IMG/VR virus record: IMGVR_UViG_3300017978_000263
Coordinates: 1 to 37,355 of that record
From: a virus
Length of the DNA stretch: 37,355 nt
Reading direction: 5' to 3' (one strand)
Numbering within the stretch: position 1 is the first letter of the stretch; each line of letters opens with the position of its first letter. Under the pieces are notes generated by a model. That model worked only from the letters and a program-made list of their open reading frames with translations, made no database searches and had not been told where the DNA came from. A program made the translations under genes and the position numbers. This document shows, one piece after another, positions 30,846-37,355 of the stretch.

Positions 30846-31259
30846 ATGACAACCCCAGAAGAGCCAGTTAAACGTAAGGCAGGAAGACCCAAGAAGGGTG
30901 AGATAGTAGCCAAGAAGAAAGGCCATAGAGAGTTACGTGGTCGTCCAGCAGGGGACAAAGCTATCATGGATGAGTACAAAGCTAGGATGCTTAACTCACC
31001 TAAGTCAGCTAGGGTCTTAGAGGCTATCTTCGATGCTGCCTTAGATCCTGAACATAAGGCTCAGTCAGCAGCATGGAAGCTTATAGTGGACAGGATCGTA
31101 CCTGTGTCTTCATTTGAACAAGTTAAACAAGGCGGTGGTACTCCTGCTATTAGCATTAACATTACAGGGCTTACTCAAGCTAGTACTGTTATTGAGCAAG
31201 ATGATGTCTCGTACGACAGCACGTCTTATGACATCTCGGATGTAGAGGCTAAGGAATGA
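30846..31259 (+). CDS. Putative small terminase subunit (137 aa)
   Basis: The basic N-terminus has AT-hook-like GRPKKG and RGRPAG. ATGA overlap with the large terminase gene. The call rests on position and DNA-binding character. Confidence 0.5.
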   Translation: MTTPEEPVKRKAGRPKKGEIVAKKKGHRELRGRPAGDKAIMDEYKARMLNSPKSARVLEAIFDAALDPEHKAQSAAWKLIVDRIVPVSSFEQVKQGGGTPAISINITGLTQASTVIEQDDVSYDSTSYDISDVEAKE

Positions 31260-32530
31260 CCTCATTGAACTTTGAGCTACTGAAGTGGCAACAAGAGGTC
31301 TTCAAGGACACCCATCGCTTTAAAGTGGTTGCAGCAGGTCGTCGCTGTGGTAAGTCTAGGCTCTCCGCAGTGACCCTGCTCATTGAAGCTCTGAACTGTC
31401 CTGAAGGGTCAGCTGTGATGTACATAGCTCCTACCCTCGGACAAGCTAGAACTATTATGTGGGACTTACTGAATGACTTAGGTAGACAAGTCATCAAGTC
31501 CTCCCATGTAAATAACTTGGAGATTACTCTTGTCAATGGAAGAAAGATCCTTGTTCGAGGGGCTGATAATCCCGATTCTCTTCGTGGTGTCTCTCTTACT
31601 TATGTCGTTCTAGACGAGTGTGCCTTTATTAAGGAAGACGTATGGCAGAAGATCATCCGAGCTTCCTTGTCAGATAAGAAGGGTAGAGCCTTGTTCATTT
31701 CCACTCCTAGTGGACGTAACTGGTTCTACGAGGTCTTCAAGCTAGGACAGGCAGAGGATGAGAGTCCCCAAGGGGACGTAGAGTGGCAGTCATGGCACTT
31801 CACCACTAGAGATAACGAGACTATCGATCCTAAAGAGATTGATGCTGCTGAACGTACTCTAAGCTCCTTTGCCTTCAAACAGGAATACTTGTCTTCCTTC
31901 GATAACGCTGGACAAGAGGTATTCAAAGAGGAATGGTTAAAGACCTCAGAGGAGCCTCAGTACGGTGAGTACGTAGTAGCCATTGACTTAGCTGGCTTCG
32001 AGGAAGTAGGTAAGAACCCCGGTGCTGCTAAGTCTAGACTTGATGAATCAGCTATAGCCATTGTCAAGATAGAAGACAACGGTAACTGGTGGGTCAAGGA
32101 GATCATAGCTGGTAGATGGGATATTAAGGCTACAGCAGCTAAGATCCTTAACGTAGTACGTGAGTATAAGCCTATCTCTGTTGGCATCGAGAAGGGTGCT
32201 TTAAAGAACGCTGTAAGCCCTTACCTCAATGACTTGATGAGGAAGAACAACGTCTACTGTCACATCTCAGACCTGACACACGGTAACAGGAAGAAGCAAG
32301 ACAGGGTTGTCTGGTCTTTACAAGGACGTTTAGAGCATGGTCGTATCTCCTTCAACGAGGAAGAGGATTGGAAGGAAACCTTCGATCAGATCATGATGTT
32401 CCCTACAGCAGGGGTTCATGATGATAGGGTTGATGCTCTGTCTTACATTGACCAGTTAGCTGTCACTAGCTACCAACAAGATTACGAAGAAGATGATTGG
32501 GAACCTCTTGACTCAGTGTCAGGATTTTAA
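31256..32530 (+). CDS. terL: Large terminase subunit (424 aa)
   Basis: Walker A AAGRRCGKS, Walker B VVLDECAF, and a C-terminal nuclease-type acidic motif (GVHDDRVDALSY). Confidence 0.85.
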   Translation: MTSLNFELLKWQQEVFKDTHRFKVVAAGRRCGKSRLSAVTLLIEALNCPEGSAVMYIAPTLGQARTIMWDLLNDLGRQVIKSSHVNNLEITLVNGRKILVRGADNPDSLRGVSLTYVVLDECAFIKEDVWQKIIRASLSDKKGRALFISTPSGRNWFYEVFKLGQAEDESPQGDVEWQSWHFTTRDNETIDPKEIDAAERTLSSFAFKQEYLSSFDNAGQEVFKEEWLKTSEEPQYGEYVVAIDLAGFEEVGKNPGAAKSRLDESAIAIVKIEDNGNWWVKEIIAGRWDIKATAAKILNVVREYKPISVGIEKGALKNAVSPYLNDLMRKNNVYCHISDLTHGNRKKQDRVVWSLQGRLEHGRISFNEEEDWKETFDQIMMFPTAGVHDDRVDALSYIDQLAVTSYQQDYEEDDWEPLDSVSGF

Positions 32531-32545
32531 TATCTAAGGATTTAT

Positions 32546-33043
32546 ATGTCGGATTGGATTAACCAGTACCTTCAATTTAAAGAAACACCGTGGTCGCCTA
32601 CAGTGTTGCCTGAAGCTGAAGAACAGAAGTTTAAAGATTGGTTGCAGAACACTCAGATCTTTAAAGCTACTAAGCAAGACATTGCAGCTGAGAACGGCAT
32701 TCCTGCTGATAAGTTAGACAATCAGCGTCTCATTGAGATGATGCTTAAAAACTCTGATTACGACTATCGTGGAGCCTTTAAGGACAACATGAAGGAGAGT
32801 ATCAGCAAGGAAGACAACAGGCCACACATGCTGTCTTCTACTAGCACAGGTCAAATGTTGAAGGATCCTTCCCATCCGACTGCGTGGAAAGAGTTCTTCA
32901 TGCGTCAGTACAAGGTCGATCCTGACACTATTGGCCTACATGACTTTGAGACTGCTAAAGGGTGGCAAGACCAGATTAACAATAATCAGCCTCAACCAGC
33001 TAATGTCTTTTACAAGGATCCTTTAGGCTTTACTATTAAATAA
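32546..33043 (+). CDS. Hypothetical protein (165 aa)
   Basis: ORF between the terminase and portal genes. No motif recognised. Confidence 0.55.
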   Translation: MSDWINQYLQFKETPWSPTVLPEAEEQKFKDWLQNTQIFKATKQDIAAENGIPADKLDNQRLIEMMLKNSDYDYRGAFKDNMKESISKEDNRPHMLSSTSTGQMLKDPSHPTAWKEFFMRQYKVDPDTIGLHDFETAKGWQDQINNNQPQPANVFYKDPLGFTIK

Positions 33044-33046
33044 AGC

Positions 33047-33075
33047 TTGACAAAGTAATTAAAAAGATGTATAGT
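33047..33075 (+). promoter_or_regulatory. Sigma70-type promoter P2 upstream of the portal gene
   Basis: TTGACA (33047-33052), 17-nt spacer, TATAGT (33070-33075). The 14-nt cTTGACAAAGTAAT is identical to that in P3. Confidence 0.6.
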
Positions 33076-33107
33076 GCGTTTAACTAATTAGAGAAAACCT
33101 AATACTT

Positions 33108-35159
33108 ATGGCAGAAAATATGGATAACAACGAAGGTACGAAGTGGGAAGAGCCCACAGAGTCCGACAAAGAACTCACGAGCTTCGTTGTTGAGCATTGT
33201 GACCGTTGGCGTGATTACCGTGATACTAACTTCCTAGACGCGTGGGAAGAGTATGAGCGTATCTTCCGTGGTCAGTGGGCCGCTAACGATAAGACTCGTG
33301 AATCTGAGCGCTCTAAGCTAGTCTCCCCTGCTACACAGCAGGCTGTTGAGACTCGTCACGCTGAGATCATGGAAGCTATCTTCGGTCAAGGCGACTACTT
33401 TGACATTGAGGATAACCTCCAAGATGTGAACGGTAACGACATTGACGTAGAGCTTCTCAAGGCTCAGTTGATGGAGGACTTCTCCAAAGACAAGATCCGT
33501 AAGAGTATCGACCAGATTGAGCTGATGGCTGAGATCTACGGTACAGGTATCGGTGAGATCGTTGTTAAGGATGAGACTGAGTACAAACCGGCTACACAGC
33601 CTATCCCCGGCGTACAAGGTCAAGCTGCCATTGGTGTCTCTGAGACTAAGCGTACAGCCGTTAAGATCGTCCCTGTCAACCCTAAGAACTTCTTGTTTGA
33701 CCCTAACGGTACATCCATTGAAGAGTGTATGGGTGTTGCCATTGAGAAGTACGTATCCATGCACAAGGTTGTCAAGGGTATGGAAGACGGTATCTACCGT
33801 AAGGTCAACATTGGTCCTATGTACGATGAGGATAGCTTGGAAGCTACCCAAGAGTCCACTCAGTTCAAAGATGACAAGGTTAAGCTCCTGACGTACTACG
33901 GCCTAGTGCCTCGTGAGTACCTCATGCAGCTTGAGAACAACGAAGCTGAAGTGGTTGACTTGTTCCCTGAAGACTCAGTTGCTGATGACTACGCTGACTT
34001 GGTTGAGGCAATCATCGTTATCGGTAATGACTCGATGCTCCTGAAGGCTGAAGAGAACCCTTACATGATGAAGGATCGTCCTGTTGTCTTGTATCAAGAT
34101 GACACTGTTCCTAATCGTTTGTTGGGTCGAGGTACGGTTGAGAAGGCCTACAATATGCAAAAGGCAGTGGACGCTCAGATCCGTAGCCATTTGGATTCCT
34201 TGGCCCTTACAAGCGCTCCTATGATCGCTATGGACGCTACGCGTCTCCCTCGTGGTGCTAAGTTTGAAGTGAAGCCCGGCAAGGCTATCTTGACCAACGG
34301 TGCTCCACAGGAGATCTTGTTCCCGTTTACCTTCGGTCAGACAGGCACTAACAACCTAGCTACCTCTAAAGAGTTCGAGCGTATGCTCTTACAGGCTACA
34401 GGTACTCTAGACTCTCAAGGTATGGTGTCTTCTGTGTCTCGTGACGCTGGTCAAGGCGGTATTTCGATGGCTGTTGCCTCGATCATCAAGAAGTACAAAC
34501 GTACTCTGACTAACTTCCAAGAAGATTTCCTGATGCCTTTCATCAAGAAGGCTGCTTTCCGTTATATGCAGTTCGATCCTGAGCGTTATCCCTCAGTTGA
34601 CATGAACTTCACAGCTACAGCTACCTTGGGCATTATGGCTCGTGAGTACGAACAACAGCAGTTCATTGCTCTGTTGCAGACTCTTGGCCCTAATACTCCT
34701 GTGTTGCCTATCATCTTGAAGGGCATCATCCAAAATAGCTCATTGAGCAACCGTGGTGAACTGATGGTTGAGCTGGAGAAGATGTCACAACCTAATCCTG
34801 AAGCTCAGCAGATGCAACAGCAACAGGCTCAGTTGGAGATGCAAGCTATGCAGGCTCAGATCGCAGTGAATACTACCCAAGCTAAACGCAACGAAGCTGA
34901 AGCCATGAGCACTATGGTTGACGCTCAGTTGAAGCCTAAGGAAGTTGAAGCTAAGATTATCTCAGCTACCACTCAAAACTTACCAAATAATGATGCTTTA
35001 GCTTCACAAGAGTTTGAGAAACGTGTTAAAATTGCTGACTTGATGTTGAAAGAGAAAGACATTGAGAATAAGTTGAAGGTTGTGGAGATGCAGACTGCTG
35101 CTAAACACGCTTCTAAGCAAAATGACAGTGATTTCCTCAAAAAGATTATCGGTGAATGA
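33108..35159 (+). CDS. Portal protein (683 aa) with Gln-rich C-terminal helical extension
   Basis: Size and position downstream of terL. The C-terminal segment of about 130 aa is Gln/Ala/Glu-rich and helical (PEAQQMQQQQAQLEMQAMQAQIAVNTTQAKRNEAEAM...), reminiscent of the P22 portal barrel. No search was possible. Confidence 0.7.
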   Translation: MAENMDNNEGTKWEEPTESDKELTSFVVEHCDRWRDYRDTNFLDAWEEYERIFRGQWAANDKTRESERSKLVSPATQQAVETRHAEIMEAIFGQGDYFDIEDNLQDVNGNDIDVELLKAQLMEDFSKDKIRKSIDQIELMAEIYGTGIGEIVVKDETEYKPATQPIPGVQGQAAIGVSETKRTAVKIVPVNPKNFLFDPNGTSIEECMGVAIEKYVSMHKVVKGMEDGIYRKVNIGPMYDEDSLEATQESTQFKDDKVKLLTYYGLVPREYLMQLENNEAEVVDLFPEDSVADDYADLVEAIIVIGNDSMLLKAEENPYMMKDRPVVLYQDDTVPNRLLGRGTVEKAYNMQKAVDAQIRSHLDSLALTSAPMIAMDATRLPRGAKFEVKPGKAILTNGAPQEILFPFTFGQTGTNNLATSKEFERMLLQATGTLDSQGMVSSVSRDAGQGGISMAVASIIKKYKRTLTNFQEDFLMPFIKKAAFRYMQFDPERYPSVDMNFTATATLGIMAREYEQQQFIALLQTLGPNTPVLPIILKGIIQNSSLSNRGELMVELEKMSQPNPEAQQMQQQQAQLEMQAMQAQIAVNTTQAKRNEAEAMSTMVDAQLKPKEVEAKIISATTQNLPNNDALASQEFEKRVKIADLMLKEKDIENKLKVVEMQTAAKHASKQNDSDFLKKIIGE

Positions 35160-36784
35160 TGAGATTTAAAGAAGTAGCTCTCTCCAATGCCTCTCCTGAG
35201 GCTAAAATTGCAGGTTTAGCTGTATTGTTGGACAAGGAGCTGCTTCGTCTCTCAGAAGTAGTCTTAAACACTAAGAAGCTACAGGGTCCACAGGGCGAAC
35301 AAGGCTTACAAGGCCCTAAAGGTGAGCAAGGTGACCGTGGTTTCGATGGAACTAACGGAAAAGATGGCTCTAACGGTAAAGACGGTAAGGACGGGGAAGA
35401 AGGTAAGCAAGGCGTAGGCGTACAAGACGCTAAGATTGACTTCGATGGCTCCTTAGTCATCACTTTGACTGATGGTACTGAGATCAACGCTGGTGATGTA
35501 GTCCCTATGGACACAGCTGAGAAGATCAGAGTCATCGGTAACGGTGGCGGTACTTCTCAGTACGTTTTAGACGCTATTGAGGCTATCAATGCAGTTATTG
35601 AGACGTATGGCACTATAGCTACTCAAGATGCTGACGCTGTAGCTATCACTGGTGGTGCTATTGATGGTACGACAGTAGGGGCTACTACGGCTACTACAGG
35701 TAAATTCACTACTTTGATCGGTGGTGCAGATCAAGTTAACTACGGTCAGCTTACAGGTGGGGCTACAACTAAGGCTGTTGAGTTCAAGTCTCTAGGCTCA
35801 GACACCAACGTAGCTTTAGCACTTCGTACCCAAGGCACAGGAGCCATTGACCTAGCTGCTGGTAGCCGAGGAGTGAACATTTCCAATGGTGGGGCTGTTA
35901 CTGCTATTACTAGGACTGCTGGTGGTACAGGCTACGCTACGGCTCCAACGGTTGCTATCACAGCGCCAACGACTGCTGGTGGCGTTCAAGCTACTGCTAC
36001 TGTGGCTGTCTCTGCTGGCGCAATCACGACATTCACCATCACCAACGCAGGTTCAGGCTACGTAGAACAACCAACAGTGACCTTCTCAGGTGGTGGTGGC
36101 TCTGGTGCTGCTGCTTATGCTACTGTGGGGTCTGGTACGGCAATAAAGAGTCTTGGTTCTACTTTTAACGTATACGTGGACAATTCTTTTGGAAGAGCGT
36201 TTAGTTTCTACAACAGTGGTGGCACAACAGATTCGTATTGGTCGGCAGCATCTGGTAGTTCTGCTCCGTTCTTGTACGCGCAAGGTGCTACAAACACAAC
36301 AGGTCGTATCACATCAAACGGCACTGGTAGCATTTCTATCTACACAAACGGCGGTACTAACCAGCAATTTAACGTAGCCCACACAGCCTCTGCTGTGAAC
36401 TACGTACAGGTTACTGGGGCGGCTACTGGTTCTGGGCCAGCAATTACTTGGACAGGTTCAGATGCAAACGTAACGGCTCAATTTATTACGAAAGGTACAG
36501 GGTCATTAAGTTTTTATAGCAATGCTGGTGCAAACCGACAAGTTCGTATTGATGGCTCAAACGCTGCTGTTAACTATCTTGATTTATACGGTTCTGTTGC
36601 AAGTTCTGCTCCTTCTGTCCGTGTAAATGGCTCAGACACAAACATTGACCTAACCCTGACACCAAAGGGAACAGGTAACGTCAGGTTTGGTACTTACACA
36701 GCATCTATGGCTTTGACAGTTCAAGGCTACATCGAAATTAAGGACAGTGGTGGCACTGTTCGCAAACTAGCGGTTATCGCTTAA
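35156..36784 (+). CDS. Collagen-repeat fibre protein (542 aa)
   Basis: 15 uninterrupted G-X-Y triplets (GPQGEQGLQGPKGEQGDRGFDGTNGKDGSNGKDGKDGEEGKQGVG, nt 35285-35419) are followed by a Gly/Thr/Ala/Ser-rich beta-type region. The start overlaps the portal stop (ATGATGA). Confidence 0.7.
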   Translation: MMRFKEVALSNASPEAKIAGLAVLLDKELLRLSEVVLNTKKLQGPQGEQGLQGPKGEQGDRGFDGTNGKDGSNGKDGKDGEEGKQGVGVQDAKIDFDGSLVITLTDGTEINAGDVVPMDTAEKIRVIGNGGGTSQYVLDAIEAINAVIETYGTIATQDADAVAITGGAIDGTTVGATTATTGKFTTLIGGADQVNYGQLTGGATTKAVEFKSLGSDTNVALALRTQGTGAIDLAAGSRGVNISNGGAVTAITRTAGGTGYATAPTVAITAPTTAGGVQATATVAVSAGAITTFTITNAGSGYVEQPTVTFSGGGGSGAAAYATVGSGTAIKSLGSTFNVYVDNSFGRAFSFYNSGGTTDSYWSAASGSSAPFLYAQGATNTTGRITSNGTGSISIYTNGGTNQQFNVAHTASAVNYVQVTGAATGSGPAITWTGSDANVTAQFITKGTGSLSFYSNAGANRQVRIDGSNAAVNYLDLYGSVASSAPSVRVNGSDTNIDLTLTPKGTGNVRFGTYTASMALTVQGYIEIKDSGGTVRKLAVIA

Positions 36785-36816
36785 CTTAACTTAACTTTAA
36801 TGGAGAACCACGTTAA

Positions 36817-37086
36817 ATGGCCCTAATCAAATCAGTAGACACAGACTTCGGTATTCCAGCTACGTATTGGAACATCGGAGCAGTACAGGAAGACTTCAAA
36901 GGTCAAGGCACTGAAGTTACCTTCTACGGCTACGCATCTCAAGAAGCACGTGAAGCAGGTAAACAACCTCTTTCAGCAGGTAAGGTACAGATCTCTGGTG
37001 ACGAGTACGTTGCTGGTGCTGACCGTCAAGCTTTGTACGCAATCATTAAGCTTAAGCCTGAGTTTGAAGATGCTACTGACGCATAA
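36817..37086 (+). CDS. Hypothetical protein (89 aa)
   Basis: RBS GGAGAA lies before the ATG. It follows the fibre gene. No motif recognised. Confidence 0.55.
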   Translation: MALIKSVDTDFGIPATYWNIGAVQEDFKGQGTEVTFYGYASQEAREAGKQPLSAGKVQISGDEYVAGADRQALYAIIKLKPEFEDATDA

Positions 37087-37120
37087 TCAATATATTTTAC
37101 ATTAAGTACTCATAAAGTAC

Positions 37121-37149
37121 TTGACAAAGTAATAAAAGTAGTATACATT
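37121..37149 (+). promoter_or_regulatory. Sigma70-type promoter P3 upstream of the head-gene block
   Basis: TTGACA (37121-37126), 17-nt spacer, TACATT (37144-37149). It is preceded by two AGTACT palindromes 11 bp apart. Confidence 0.5.
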
Positions 37150-37178
37150 ACACTATTATTAACTATTAGGTTCTCCGA

Positions 37179-37355
37179 ATGGACAAAGACCTATACGCTC
37201 CAAGGGAGCTAGAACGATTTTACGAGGATGCCTTCTCAATGATGTCCACTCAAGGGTGGAAGGATCTGATGGAAGACATCGAGCGTGTAAAGAATAACTA
37301 CGACAAACTATCTGCTGTCACGGAAACACACCCATTAGACTTTCGTCGTGGACAG
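37179..37355 (+). CDS. 5' part of the wrap-around ORF that ends at 142
   Basis: The ATG 37179 frame stays open to the window end and continues at base 59 after removal of the 58-bp overlap. Confidence 0.6.
   Translation, partial: MDKDLYAPRELERFYEDAFSMMSTQGWKDLMEDIERVKNNYDKLSAVTETHPLDFRRGQ
37298..37355. repeat. Terminal overlap copy 2 (identical to 1-58)
   Basis: Exact 58-bp identity with the window start. Confidence 0.95.

Noticed and set aside
33318-33851. 177-aa minus-strand ORF inside the portal gene, and similar long shadow ORFs (15307-15843, 21032-21466, 8263-8574, 1479-1940, 2871-3296)
   Set aside because: All lie antisense to, or out of frame within, strongly supported genes. They lack RBSs and have atypical composition.
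35146-35535. 129-aa minus-strand Pro/Ser/Cys-rich ORF
   Set aside because: It is the antisense shadow of the collagen G-X-Y repeat (GGN codons read as NCC). It lies inside a well-supported plus-strand gene.
1-37355. Lysogeny module, phage RNA polymerase, tRNAs, toxin-antitoxin or known defence/anti-defence gene families
   Set aside because: I recognised no integrase, repressor/Cro pair, RNAP-sized ORF or tRNA-like structure when reading the translations and intergenic regions. This absence is by eye only and needs profile searches to confirm.

Overview
This window is a complete, circularly closed phage genome. Bases 1-58 recur exactly at 37298-37355 and an ORF reads across the junction, so the unique length is 37,297 bp. 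The gene content is that of a lytic T7-supergroup-like podovirus with no RNA polymerase of its own. A leftward (minus-strand) arm, 29882 down to 14094, carries about 20 small early ORFs. These are followed by a gp4-type primase-helicase, family A DNA polymerase, HNH endonuclease, SSB-like protein, 5'-3' exonuclease, HExxH mini-protein, T7-type endonuclease I, ThyX, metallophosphoesterase, class II-like ribonucleotide reductase and a glutaredoxin-like protein. A rightward (plus-strand) arm, 30846 to 37355 and then 1 to 13893, carries small and large terminase, portal, a collagen-repeat fibre protein, scaffold and major capsid protein. It continues with gp11/gp12-like adaptor and nozzle candidates, a tail fibre, Gly-rich and coiled-coil internal virion proteins, and a holin / membrane protein / M15 peptidase lysis cassette. 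The arms diverge from a 963-bp non-coding hub (29883-30845) and converge on a bidirectional terminator (13915-13945). The hub is the most interesting part. It holds four same-orientation DnaA boxes (three perfect TTATCCACA), a 7 x 9-bp TGTAAGnnn tandem array with two inverted satellite copies interleaved with the DnaA boxes, several further direct repeats, an AT-rich tract and a near-consensus sigma70-type promoter. This plasmid/oriC-like origin architecture is unexpected in this kind of phage. Near-consensus TTGACAAA-type host promoters fit the absence of a phage RNAP. I recognised no tRNA, rRNA, CRISPR, integrase or repressor. All functional calls come from reading motifs in the supplied translations. 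No database search was possible, and family names given from memory are flagged as such.
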